A stretch of 64,000 bases of DNA, from positions 44,810-108,809 of the forward strand of contig CAVYHH010000003.1 of NCBI GenBank assembly GCA_963768275.1. The letters are read 5' to 3'. The notes beneath the pieces are model-generated. The model had not been told where the DNA came from and did not search any database. It saw only the letters and a program-made list of their open reading frames with translations. The DNA is from an uncultured Acidobacteriota bacterium. GTDB lineage: Bacteria > Acidobacteriota > Terriglobia > Acidiferrales > UBA7541. This document shows positions 1 to 8,918 of the stretch, piece after piece. Position 1 is the first letter of the stretch; each line of letters starts with the position of its first letter. The translations under genes were made by a program, and so were the position numbers.

Positions 1-278
1 AAATAGTCCCACGCGAGCAATCCGAAAGCGATGGGTACCCAGCCGTAAATCGCTGCTTCATGGTCGAACCACAGCCACGCCCGGAACACGAAGTGTGAGT
101 GCCGTCCTCCGGTCAGACGCGGAAGCAGCAGCAGTCCCACCAGGCCATTGCAAAGCACTGCCACCGTCAAAGTCACGAGGCTCATCAGCTGAAACCAGTG
201 CCGCATCGCCGCCGTATTGCAGCGCGTGCACACGGATTGTTTGGGCAGGAAGCTCAGGCCGCAACATTCGCAGAACAC
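1..278 (-). CDS. partial zinc-ribbon/membrane protein (C-terminus lies beyond the window edge)
   Basis: Hand translation of the minus strand: the frame is open from the window edge up to a stop at 321-323. A GTG at 276-278 sits 5 nt after GGAGGG. The product starts (M)FCECCGLSFLPKQSVCTRC (CxxC..CxxC), followed by hydrophobic helices (LVTLTVAVLCNGLVGLLLL, IYGWVPIAFGLLAW). It is absent from the ORF track because it runs off the edge. Confidence 0.45.
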   Translation of the reverse strand, partial: MFCECCGLSFLPKQSVCTRCNTAAMRHWFQLMSLVTLTVAVLCNGLVGLLLLPRLTGGRHSHFVFRAWLWFDHEAAIYGWVPIAFGLLAWDY

Positions 279-454
279 GTATTCCCTCCCACGGAGCTGG
301 TATGGGCGTATCGTGCTCCATCAGGCTACCTCGAACGCTTTCTTAAGAACTACTGGTCTGAGGTTCAGTGAAATGTCAGTCCAGTTTCACCCGTCCCTCC
401 GGCCAACTCCTTTGTCGGTATGCGGGGAACTCCTTAAGCCTTAAGAAAAAACAC

Positions 455-490
455 AGCCACATTCCGATAAGACGACTTCAGGGGACTTGG
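455..490 (+). repeat. REP-like intergenic repeat unit (head GCCACATTCCGATAAG, tail CTTCA-GGGGACTTGG)
   Basis: Sequence agccacattccgataagacgacttcaggggacttgg. The same head and tail recur more than 20 times in intergenic DNA of this window, in both orientations. Confidence 0.8.
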
Positions 491-633
491 CCGGTTCGCT
501 TTCGGATGCCGCATCTCGGCCATTTGACCTTCTTCATGATCGCCCATACAGTACGCGTTCCGAGGGCGCACACAAATGGGTCGTCAAATACACCTCAGCG
601 TGCCGCCCAAACCGTAGATGAATTCCGTGGCTG

Positions 634-1035
634 CTATCGCTTGGCTTCGACTGTGTGGCCGCGCCCGTCGCGTACTTCATTTCCTTTGAAGGCAGGATTC
701 TTATCGGGACGCTTTGATGCGTCAGGTTTCTCGCCGCGTTTGGGATTCGGGCCCTTGTAGCCGTGCTGGGGATCGAGGTGATTGTCCACGGAGCCGTGGA
801 ATTTGTCAGGGCCGTTGAACCATGGACCCACGCCCACGAAGGCGCCGTTGGTAAACCATTCCGGGCCATAGTAGCCGTAAGGAGCGCAAGTGTAGGGAGT
901 AGAATCATAGTAGCCGTACGGGCAGTCTGGGGCAGGTGCGACATCGCAGGATTGAGCGCCTACCGCGGGGGCTTTTGCCGTTAAGCAAATACCCGCCGCA
1001 ATCACCAGTGCAACAAAAATGATGAGCCGCTTCAT
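634..1035 (-). CDS. small secreted Tyr/Gly/Pro-rich protein, function unknown
   Basis: The ORF track gives 634..1065. I prefer the ATG at 1035 (GGAGGA 6 nt upstream), which gives the signal peptide MKRLIIFVALVIAAGICLTAKAPAVGA. The mature part is rich in Y/G/P and has 4 Cys. No family recognised. Confidence 0.55.
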   Translation of the reverse strand: MKRLIIFVALVIAAGICLTAKAPAVGAQSCDVAPAPDCPYGYYDSTPYTCAPYGYYGPEWFTNGAFVGVGPWFNGPDKFHGSVDNHLDPQHGYKGPNPKRGEKPDASKRPDKNPAFKGNEVRDGRGHTVEAKR

Positions 1036-1218
1036 GATAGTTCCTCCATCCCTCGAACAGGTCACCTTCCGGTTGGTCTTGTAGGCCGCAACGACACGCC
1101 CCTAAAGCTCAGGTACGAAAAATCTACCAGAAATCCTTGCAAAGTGCGAGCGTCACGCCAACTACCGATAACACCTCTCAACCAAATCAGTTATTCCGAC
1201 TGATAAACGGGGCCAGCC

Positions 1219-1428
1219 CAACCGGTCGATGCAACGCCATATATCCAGTTGAACCGACAATTCTTCTCATCGAGAATCAATCTGTGCGACAGGACTCAAT
1301 CAGAACCTAAACAGCGCTTTTGTTTTGTTTAAATTGATGCCCGCGAACGAAATCAGCCTCCTAGACCCCTACGAGAGGACTTTGGGCAAGTGTTGCATCG
1401 ACCCATTGAGACCGCCGGATTTATCAGG
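1219..1428 (+). repeat. about 210-bp intergenic repeat element, copy A (second copy at 61247..61456)
   Basis: A 12-bp perfect inverted repeat, ggtcgatgcaac (1224-1235) / gttgcatcgacc (1392-1403). A 58-nt core (1340-1397) matches 61367-61424 with one mismatch. Overall similarity is roughly 80-85 percent by eye. Confidence 0.75.
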
Positions 1429-1462
1429 AGTTGGAAGCGAATAAGTCGTCCGATGGGACCCT

Positions 1463-2581
1463 TTATTCGAAACGCTGGCCGTCGATATAAAGTTCATCAG
1501 GGGGCCAGGTTAGTATGTGATAGGTGACCTTTAGCGATTGGTTCAGTCCGAGTTCATCATCCTCGAATACCTGAGCATGGTCTGAGTTCTTCTGGAAATA
1601 TTCTTGTAAGAGCCCCCGTGAACGTTCGGCGTCGGAGTATCTATATCGCTGGGGGGCCTGTAAAGGTAACTTTGGGAAACTATTTTGGTTCTGCGGTATG
1701 CTGCCCGTCGACGTAAGCCCAAAACCATCAATCGAAACGTCGCTGACCATAAGCCCGTTGGTTCGGGCATGTATTGACACGCCTCGGCCACTCCCGTTTC
1801 CATTCCTTACGGCGTAATTCAACTCTGAGAAGATGTTCAGATTCCTAAGATATTGTTCGTCAAAACGGATCGCTAATTCCGAAAAACATTCGCCGTCTCG
1901 CGTATGAGTTGACTTTAAAATGAGATTCAAAGGAGTGAGATCGTCGACGTCAAGCAGGCTGAAATACGTTATCCTAGGACCATCCTTGCAATCCGTGAGC
2001 AGGGGCTGAACCGGACCATCCGGCCCTTCCCAAATCTTGTACGTCAACGACGCAGTTCTGGTGCGATAGTCGAGATCAATCCTCTTTGAAACCCCAACCA
2101 TGATTCCCTTGGATCTGAAAAAGTTCCCAATTCGACTCTCGTTCCCACCTTCGTCACGGTAGTCGTAGATACCGCCAATCCGAGGGAAAAGGTTGTTCGA
2201 ATCCGTGTAATCTCGAAACTCACTTTCCAGTTCCTTCCGGATTCCATAATCAATTTTTGTCAGCTTCAAGGAAGGCGAATCTAGAACAAATATCACAAGC
2301 TTTGAAACTACACTCGACGGTTCAAACTTGATTTTGCCTGATTTGAAATACCCGTGGCCTAGTATCTCTTTCAGGCATTTTTCCCCTCGTGCCGCATCAT
2401 ACGATTGCTTCCCATCTAGCTCTCCGACGCAGTGGTACCACTGCATAACGGGCGGAACTGACCCATGAGTCTCAACATCTACAGAGGTAGCCATCTTGTC
2501 TTGGCTGTAAGAGCACACTCCAAGTAGGCTTAGCCCCATGAGGGTTAACGGGACTAACAGGTCCCTTGTGCGGGCGCTCAT
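1463..2581 (-). CDS. hypothetical secreted protein
   Basis: A 372-aa ORF with an N-terminal signal-like MSARTRDLLVPLTLMGLSLLGVCS. It is visibly AT-richer than its neighbours. No family recognised. Confidence 0.6.
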   Translation of the reverse strand: MSARTRDLLVPLTLMGLSLLGVCSYSQDKMATSVDVETHGSVPPVMQWYHCVGELDGKQSYDAARGEKCLKEILGHGYFKSGKIKFEPSSVVSKLVIFVLDSPSLKLTKIDYGIRKELESEFRDYTDSNNLFPRIGGIYDYRDEGGNESRIGNFFRSKGIMVGVSKRIDLDYRTRTASLTYKIWEGPDGPVQPLLTDCKDGPRITYFSLLDVDDLTPLNLILKSTHTRDGECFSELAIRFDEQYLRNLNIFSELNYAVRNGNGSGRGVSIHARTNGLMVSDVSIDGFGLTSTGSIPQNQNSFPKLPLQAPQRYRYSDAERSRGLLQEYFQKNSDHAQVFEDDELGLNQSLKVTYHILTWPPDELYIDGQRFE

Positions 2582-2726
2582 CCGAATCCATCAACCGAGA
2601 GATCTAAAAACGAGTCAAGTATATTGCGGTCTACAGGAAATCGAAAGGGGCCACAGGAGCCGCAGCCCATCAGGCGTATCACTTTTCCTTGCTCTGGAAC
2701 CTCACCGGATGGAGATCGACTAGCTC

Positions 2727-2999
2727 AAGTCCTTCCATGAGAAGGCCGGTTAGTGTCAAGCCGGTTTTTCTTTTTCTTATCAGGGGTTTTTGCCGTTTAA
2801 GCCGGTCCGCCTCTGTCGCCATCCTTCCATCCGCACTCTTTGGTGAGCGATTGTTTCGCTCGGTGCAAGTTGGGCGTCCTTCATTCAGTAGGTGCTGCTA
2901 CCTGAGAATCGACCTTGGCTCTCATCTCTGAGAGTTGGGCCAGGACTTGGGCGCAGTCACCTGAACTCGGCGGTGAGCTCGGCTCTTTCGTTTCAACCT
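2727..2999 (-). ncRNA. candidate bridge/seek-type guide RNA region in the IS 3' arm (copy 1)
   Basis: Identical to 8919..9191. See that feature and the findings. Confidence 0.35.
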
Positions 3000-4154
3000 C
3001 TAGGCCACGGCGCGTACCCCTTGGTGGTTGTTGTTGCGCAGTGGTTCATACGCTTCTCCGCTCACCCACAACTTGTGCAGCAGGACCGACAACTTGCGTG
3101 CGACGGCAACCACCGCTCGCTTCTTGGCATTTTTTCCTCCGCGCTCGGCCAGCTTCCATCCCCAACGCCGCAGATCGCTGTCCTGTCCAAAAGGCCCGAG
3201 AATGTAATGCGCGCCTTGCACCATCAGCGTTCTCAGATAACGGTCGCCTTCCTTGCTGATGTGCAGTTGCGGCTCGCTCTTGCCGGAGTTCCTGCGCCCG
3301 GGACGCAGTCCCAGAAAACATCCCACATCGCGGCTGTGACGAAATCGGCGTGGATCGTCCAGCGTCAACACGTAGGTCAACGCAATCAGCGTCCCCACAC
3401 CCTTCACTTGTTTCAGCCGCGCCACTTCAGGGTGAACTTCCTTGGCGATCTGTTCGATCCGCTGATCGTATTCCTTGATGCGCTCGTTGAGCGATTCGAT
3501 CTCTCGCAACAGCGGATCCAGCGCCTCACGCAATTCCTGGCTCAACCCCTCGGAGCTGTCTCGATTCATTTGCTCCGTGCCGCATTTCTTCAGCCGCTCG
3601 CCATAGGATTTCGTCAACCCGCGCGCCGCATTCACTAGAGCCGTGCGCGAACTGACCAGCGCCGCTCGTGCGCGAATCACTGTCAGTTGAATTTGCGCCT
3701 GCGCACTGCGATGCCGCACTGGACCCAATAAGCCGGGATCGATCCGTGCGAGCCGCGCCAGCGTCCGCGCGTCGAGCTGATCATCCTTGCGACTGCTCTC
3801 GCCAATCAGCCGCACGTTGCGCGCATGCGCTACGATCACTTCGTGATCCATCCGTGCCAACTGCCGGCTCACCCACGGCGAGTGCGTTCCCGTTTCCAGT
3901 GCGATCCGGCAGCGCGGCATCTTACCGAACGCCTGGCGGATTCCGTTCGGTGTGGTCGGCACACTGCGTTCCAAAATCACATTCCCCATCTCATCCAAAA
4001 CGCAGTAACAGCTGCTTCGATCTCCCAAGTCCAACCCGATGGTCAGTGCGGGCTGTTTGAAAATTTTGTTTCCGTTTTTCACCACAGTGCTATTCTTTCG
4101 CATAAGCCGGTCTCCTTTCCATTGCGCCTTGAGCGCGTCAATCGTTGGGAGCAT
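3000..4154 (-). CDS. IS110-family transposase (DEDD RuvC-like N-domain plus Transposase_20 C-domain)
   Basis: A 384-aa ORF with LTIGLDLGDRSS, ALETGTHS, KDDQLDARTLARLA, VKGVGTLIALTYV, RPGRRNSGKS..ISKEGDRYLR and AVVAVARKL. The likely true start is the internal ATG at 4103 (MRKNST..), which lies 8 nt after AAGGAG. Confidence 0.95.
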   Translation of the reverse strand: MLPTIDALKAQWKGDRLMRKNSTVVKNGNKIFKQPALTIGLDLGDRSSCYCVLDEMGNVILERSVPTTPNGIRQAFGKMPRCRIALETGTHSPWVSRQLARMDHEVIVAHARNVRLIGESSRKDDQLDARTLARLARIDPGLLGPVRHRSAQAQIQLTVIRARAALVSSRTALVNAARGLTKSYGERLKKCGTEQMNRDSSEGLSQELREALDPLLREIESLNERIKEYDQRIEQIAKEVHPEVARLKQVKGVGTLIALTYVLTLDDPRRFRHSRDVGCFLGLRPGRRNSGKSEPQLHISKEGDRYLRTLMVQGAHYILGPFGQDSDLRRWGWKLAERGGKNAKKRAVVAVARKLSVLLHKLWVSGEAYEPLRNNNHQGVRAVA

Positions 4155-4193
4155 ATCGCATCCCGTCGGAGACCGGCCTTCTCATCCCATCTG

Positions 4194-4276
4194 TGAACCG
4201 GGATTATCGTAATATGGGAATCCGTGCCGTAGGCCGAAAAAGCCACATTCCGATAGCGGGACTTCACAGGGCTTGG
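4194..4276. repeat. inverted pair of REP-like units (BIME-like) abutting the IS copy 1 left end
   Basis: The minus-oriented head at 4194-4222 (reverse complement gattcccatattacgataatcccggttca) directly abuts the IS. The plus-oriented full unit at 4241-4276 is agccacattccgatagcgggacttcacagggcttgg. Confidence 0.75.
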
Positions 4277-4400
4277 TCATTTCCACATATGAGCACTTTG
4301 TTGACTTTGAGCTACTTCTGCCTTAGCTTGTGCGGGTCGCGGCGCACCGAGTGCTATACTCCATCGATCGTCTCATCTGGCAATAGAAAGGATCAATCTT

Positions 4401-5546
4401 ATGCTTATGCCTCGTCTCAGGAAGACCCTTACGCGGGCACTCTGCGGATCAGTTGCAATTGGTCTAACCGTGCCATTGTTCTCACTGCTAGCTGTCTCGG
4501 CCAGCTTCGCACAGGCCCCGGCCCTGCCCGCAGTCCAGGCGACAGCCAAGAGCCCGAACTTCAAAGACGGGAAGGTGGTACTCGAGGAGCGCCGCGTCCG
4601 GGCGTATTCGTACCTTGGGGGCGATGAAAATATCATCCGGCAAACGCTCCAGCGGATCGTGAGGCAAGAAGGCGACGCTGCCGGAGGGTGGGTCTATGAA
4701 TGGAGCGTGCTCGGCAAGTACTACGAGAACCGCGGCGACACGCTTCTCGAGACCGGACAGCGACGTCCGGCCCTCGACGCCTACATGACCTCGAACGTCT
4801 ACTACGCGCTCGCCTGGTTCCCGAGGATTAACTCGGAACAGGAGGCGAAGGCCTATGGCGCACAACTGCGGGTGTACCAGAAGGGTGGCAAGCTGTTCGA
4901 AGTGCCGCTGGAGTTGGTGAAAGCTCCGTACAAGGACGGTTTTATCACGACCTATCTGCACAAGCCGTCCGGCATCGAGAGGCCGCCGCTCGTCATCTGG
5001 TACGGGGGCGTCGACCAGTATAAGGCGAACCACTGGCGCCCCATCCAGGACATGCTCGCCAAGGGCTTTGCCGTCGCCACGCTCGACCTGCCCGCCTTCG
5101 GCGAGAGCAGGCAGTGGCCCCCGGATACCAAGGCGGAGGCCAATTTCGCCGTTCTCGACACGTACATGAAGCGAGAGGACATCGACACCAAGCGGATCAG
5201 CTTCTTCGGGCAAAGCTATGGCGGGGCCGCCTCGTTGCGCGCGGCGCTGCGAAACGATCCGCGCGTGAAGGCCATCGTGGCTATGTGCGCGGGGCTACAC
5301 TTGGGCGAGAAAAACTCGTTGGCACCCGAGGCAAAACCAGGAGACAAGCTGATTAACGGACCTTTGCTCGTGGCCAACGGCACGCGCGATGCCGGCAACC
5401 CCGTCCCGGACCTGGTGTCGACCTACCAGTCGGCGAAGGAGGGCGATCTGTGGCTGCTCGGCCGCGGCGAACATTGCGCCGTGGAGTACTGGCCAGTCAT
5501 GATCCCGCAAATGGCCGACTGGCTGAAAGAGAAGATCAATAAGTGA
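4401..5546 (+). CDS. secreted alpha/beta hydrolase (FrsA/DUF1100-like esterase)
   Basis: A 381-aa ORF with AAAGGA upstream of the ATG. The signal peptide ends ..SASFAQA. The nucleophile elbow is GQSYGG, and the C-terminal part is typical of alpha/beta hydrolases. Confidence 0.8.
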   Translation: MLMPRLRKTLTRALCGSVAIGLTVPLFSLLAVSASFAQAPALPAVQATAKSPNFKDGKVVLEERRVRAYSYLGGDENIIRQTLQRIVRQEGDAAGGWVYEWSVLGKYYENRGDTLLETGQRRPALDAYMTSNVYYALAWFPRINSEQEAKAYGAQLRVYQKGGKLFEVPLELVKAPYKDGFITTYLHKPSGIERPPLVIWYGGVDQYKANHWRPIQDMLAKGFAVATLDLPAFGESRQWPPDTKAEANFAVLDTYMKREDIDTKRISFFGQSYGGAASLRAALRNDPRVKAIVAMCAGLHLGEKNSLAPEAKPGDKLINGPLLVANGTRDAGNPVPDLVSTYQSAKEGDLWLLGRGEHCAVEYWPVMIPQMADWLKEKINK

Positions 5547-5612
5547 CGACTTGAGTCTTCTAGATTAACTGCGTCGCATTCATATGGGCCAACTAGATTG
5601 ATAGGCCGTGCC

Positions 5613-6490
5613 AAATCCTTCCATGAGAAGGCCGGTTAGTGTCAAGACGGTTTTGTAGTTGCCTTTGGTCGTCGAGTGGTCTTGCTTAGAACCGAGCCGC
5701 CTCTGTCGCCATCCTTCCATCCGCACTCTTTGGTGAGCGATCTTCGCTCGGTGCAAGTTGGGTGTTCTCGTTTCAGTAGGTGCTGCTACCTGAGAATCGA
5801 CCTCTTCTCCCACCGATTCGGTGAGAGTTGGGCCCCAGGATTTAGTCGCAGTCACCTGGGCTCGGCGGTTGAGCTCGGCTGTCGGGATCGCAACTCTCTA
5901 GGCCACTTCCCGCATCGCTTTCTGGCTATTGCGCGGTGGTTCGTACACCTCTCCGCCTACCCACAACCGATGCAGCAGTACCGCCAGCTTTCGAGCCACG
6001 GCCACAACCGCTCGCTTCTTGGCATTTTTTCCTCCTCGCTCCGCAAGCTTGCGCCCCCATCTCCGCAGATCAATGTCTTCTCCAAAAGGTCCCAGAATGT
6101 AATGCGCTCCCTGCACCATCATCGTCCGCAGATACCGGTCTCCTTCTTTGCTGATGCCCTTCTGGGGTTCGCTCTGGCCAGAGTTCCTGCGTCCAGGTCG
6201 TAACCCCAGAAAACAGCCGACCTGGCGACTCTTCGGAAACCGATACGAGTCCTCGATCGTCAGGACATACGTCAGTGCGATCTGTGTTCCCACACCCTTC
6301 ACCTGCTTGAGCAAGGACACTTCCGGGTACACTTGCTTGGCGATTTTCTCCATCCGTTCGTCGTATTCCTTGACGCGCTCGTTCAGCGATTCGATTTCTT
6401 TCAACAGCGGTACCAGAACCTCGCGCAACTCCGCGCTCAATCCCTCGGCCAGCTTCTCGCTCACCTGATCCGGCCTTCTCATCCCATCTG
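5613..6490 (-). mobile_element. internally deleted, diverged relative of the IS110-family element (non-autonomous)
   Basis: It has both ends: right ..catggaaggattt, left cagatgggatgagaaggccgg. The 3' arm is homologous to the full IS. The left end is fused directly to mid-transposase sequence, so about 190 N-terminal codons are missing. Confidence 0.8.
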
Positions 6491-6521
6491 AAAAACGCGC
6501 TTGCCGGTAAATGACCGACAT
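5898..6521 (-). pseudogene. truncated IS110-family transposase (C-terminal Transposase_20 half only)
   Basis: The 207-aa ORF aligns with residues from about 195 to 384 of the full transposase at roughly 80 percent identity by eye (LKEIESLNERVKEYDE.., VKGVGTQIALTYV, RPGRRNSGQS). The first 20 codons read through the IS left end and the flank. The DEDD domain is absent. Confidence 0.85.
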
Positions 6522-6562
6522 GTGTTAAAACCAGCCTTACAGGAACAAGAAAGGAGCGGAAA

Positions 6563-7636
6563 ATGAATCGTCGATTTGCACTGCTATTGGTGATTACCGC
6601 GGCGCTTGGAGTTGGGGCGCTTCACGTTCTTGCGCAACAGTCGGCCAACTCGAGGCAGGATGGGCAGGCCAACCCCTCGGCCGATCCCGATGCCGACCGC
6701 AGCAATGCCGGAACCGCGCAGTTCCCGCTCGCAGCGCCCGCCGGCAAGGACTCCGGCGCGGTCACCAAAGCGCCGGCGGGGGCCGTCAATGGGGGAACAG
6801 TCGACGAGAAGACCTGGAAATACGGCCACCGATTCGATCCGCCGCCGAATGCAAAGATCTGGAACCCGGTAAAGCTCAAGATGATGCGCGGCGAGAAGGT
6901 GACCGGCGGAACGGTCTCGGCAGCCTCCGATCCGTCCACCTACTGTGCCATGGCGAATGCGGGTTATGACTTCATCTGGACGGAAATGCAGCACAGCCCG
7001 CGCGAGTGGGAGAATGTGGCCAAAATGTGGCAGGCCTGCCCGCATGCGAAAGCGGTGCCCGGAGTTCGCGTCGCCTATGCAAATGAGCGTGAAATTCAGC
7101 ATGCCATGGATGAGGGCGCGCTCGTCGTGGTGATTCCCACCGTTCGAACGTTCGAGGAAGGCGTCGCCGGGAGAGACTGGACTTATTTCCCGCCGCTCGG
7201 CAAGCGCAGCCAGGGAGCCGGACAGGCGTATTCCGCCGCGTTCTGGGGCAACGTTCCGGGCGGTTATCGCAATACCATCAATCAAAACGTGGTGCTGATC
7301 GAGATGATCGAGACCGTCGGCGGCGCGGCGCAGGCCCGCGAGATCGCGGGCATTCCAGGGGTAGACGCGTTATTTGCAGCCAGCTCGGACCTCGGCAATT
7401 TTTCCGGGTACAAACAGGGCGATCCCGATTACGAGCGCCTGATCAACGTGGTGCATGACGCCGCGCTCGCCGCCGGCAAGCGCCTGTGCGGCCCGTTCGC
7501 GTGGCTCGATCGCCCCGACTTCACCTGCTTCCAGAACGGCAGCGAAACGGCGGCGATCGAAAGGGGCGTGGCCACAGAGCTTGGATCTCTGAAAGACACG
7601 CAAGGCAAACCTGAAGTCGGACCGTACGCCAAGTGA
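6563..7636 (+). CDS. HpcH/HpaI aldolase/citrate-lyase family protein with N-terminal signal peptide and low-complexity linker
   Basis: A 357-aa ORF with AAGGAG upstream. The signal peptide is MNRRFALLLVITAALGVGALHVLA. An Ala/Pro/Gly/Asp-rich linker of about 70 aa follows. The core is AGYDFIWTEMQHSP, GVRV, VVVIPTV, LIEMIET and ASSDL. Confidence 0.75.
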   Translation: MNRRFALLLVITAALGVGALHVLAQQSANSRQDGQANPSADPDADRSNAGTAQFPLAAPAGKDSGAVTKAPAGAVNGGTVDEKTWKYGHRFDPPPNAKIWNPVKLKMMRGEKVTGGTVSAASDPSTYCAMANAGYDFIWTEMQHSPREWENVAKMWQACPHAKAVPGVRVAYANEREIQHAMDEGALVVVIPTVRTFEEGVAGRDWTYFPPLGKRSQGAGQAYSAAFWGNVPGGYRNTINQNVVLIEMIETVGGAAQAREIAGIPGVDALFAASSDLGNFSGYKQGDPDYERLINVVHDAALAAGKRLCGPFAWLDRPDFTCFQNGSETAAIERGVATELGSLKDTQGKPEVGPYAK

Positions 7637-7698
7637 TGTAGACTCTCTCTCTCACCGTGGCACAAGAAGTCGGGCACGTGACTCCCACAAGGCGCAAA

Positions 7699-7724
7699 AG
7701 CCACATTTCGAGAAGGCGACTTCT
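7699..7724 (+). repeat. REP-like head abutting the IS copy 2 left end
   Basis: Sequence agccacatttcgagaaggcgacttct, immediately followed by the IS (cagatgg..). Confidence 0.75.
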
Positions 7725-7763
7725 CAGATGGGATGAGAAGGCCGGTCTCCGACGGGATGCGAT

Positions 7764-8918
7764 ATGCTCCCAACGATTGACGCGCTCAAGGCGCAATGGA
7801 AAGGAGACCGGCTTATGCGAAAGAATAGCACTGTGGTGAAAAACGGAAACAAAATTTTCAAACAGCCCGCACTGACCATCGGGTTGGACTTGGGAGATCG
7901 AAGCAGCTGTTACTGCGTTTTGGATGAGATGGGGAATGTGATTTTGGAACGCAGTGTGCCGACCACACCGAACGGAATCCGCCAGGCGTTCGGTAAGATG
8001 CCGCGCTGCCGGATCGCACTGGAAACGGGAACGCACTCGCCGTGGGTGAGCCGGCAGTTGGCACGGATGGATCACGAAGTGATCGTAGCGCATGCGCGCA
8101 ACGTGCGGCTGATTGGCGAGAGCAGTCGCAAGGATGATCAGCTCGACGCGCGGACGCTGGCGCGGCTCGCACGGATCGATCCCGGCTTATTGGGTCCAGT
8201 GCGGCATCGCAGTGCGCAGGCGCAAATTCAACTGACAGTGATTCGCGCACGAGCGGCGCTGGTCAGTTCGCGCACGGCTCTAGTGAATGCGGCGCGCGGG
8301 TTGACGAAATCCTATGGCGAGCGGCTGAAGAAATGCGGCACGGAGCAAATGAATCGAGACAGCTCCGAGGGGTTGAGCCAGGAATTGCGTGAGGCGCTGG
8401 ATCCGCTGTTGCGAGAGATCGAATCGCTCAACGAGCGCATCAAGGAATACGATCAGCGGATCGAACAGATCGCCAAGGAAGTTCACCCTGAAGTGGCGCG
8501 GCTGAAACAAGTGAAGGGTGTGGGGACGCTGATTGCGTTGACCTACGTGTTGACGCTGGACGATCCACGCCGATTTCGTCACAGCCGCGATGTGGGATGT
8601 TTTCTGGGACTGCGTCCCGGGCGCAGGAACTCCGGCAAGAGCGAGCCGCAACTGCACATCAGCAAGGAAGGCGACCGTTATCTGAGAACGCTGATGGTGC
8701 AAGGCGCGCATTACATTCTCGGGCCTTTTGGACAGGACAGCGATCTGCGGCGTTGGGGATGGAAGCTGGCCGAGCGCGGAGGAAAAAATGCCAAGAAGCG
8801 AGCGGTGGTTGCCGTCGCACGCAAGTTGTCGGTCCTGCTGCACAAGTTGTGGGTGAGCGGAGAAGCGTATGAACCACTGCGCAACAACAACCACCAAGGG
8901 GTACGCGCCGTGGCCTAG
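7764..8918 (+). CDS. IS110-family transposase
   Basis: Translation identical to the other three copies. An alternative SD-supported start is at 7815. Confidence 0.95.
   Translation: MLPTIDALKAQWKGDRLMRKNSTVVKNGNKIFKQPALTIGLDLGDRSSCYCVLDEMGNVILERSVPTTPNGIRQAFGKMPRCRIALETGTHSPWVSRQLARMDHEVIVAHARNVRLIGESSRKDDQLDARTLARLARIDPGLLGPVRHRSAQAQIQLTVIRARAALVSSRTALVNAARGLTKSYGERLKKCGTEQMNRDSSEGLSQELREALDPLLREIESLNERIKEYDQRIEQIAKEVHPEVARLKQVKGVGTLIALTYVLTLDDPRRFRHSRDVGCFLGLRPGRRNSGKSEPQLHISKEGDRYLRTLMVQGAHYILGPFGQDSDLRRWGWKLAERGGKNAKKRAVVAVARKLSVLLHKLWVSGEAYEPLRNNNHQGVRAVA

Larger units (their letters stand above)
2727..4193 (-). mobile_element. IS110-family insertion sequence (IS1111-like layout), copy 1
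   Basis: A 1,467-bp unit identical by eye to the units at 7725-9191, 30436-31902 and 33357-34823. It has 14-bp subterminal inverted repeats (atgagaaggccggt), a short 5' arm and a 273-nt 3' arm. The exact ends are ambiguous by 3 nt (cag) on the left and 5 nt (gactt) on the right. Confidence 0.9.

Noticed and set aside
1337-1444. A short peptide ORF inside the 210-bp repeat (MPANEISLLDPYERTLGKCCIDPLRPPDLSGVGSE), with a counterpart at 61352-61588.
   Set aside because: Differences between the two copies are not biased towards synonymous positions (Y/S, ID/TE, D/R), and the two ORFs have different starts and ends. A non-coding element is more likely.
2892-3638. A 248-aa ORF antisense to the transposase, repeated in all four IS copies (also at 8280-9026, 30991-31737 and 33522-34268), plus other internal antisense ORFs of 91-130 aa.
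   Set aside because: It lies entirely opposite a transposase with clear family motifs. It has a low-complexity Arg/Pro/Leu/Ser-rich composition typical of antisense frames in GC-rich DNA, and it runs across the non-coding arm and the IS end.
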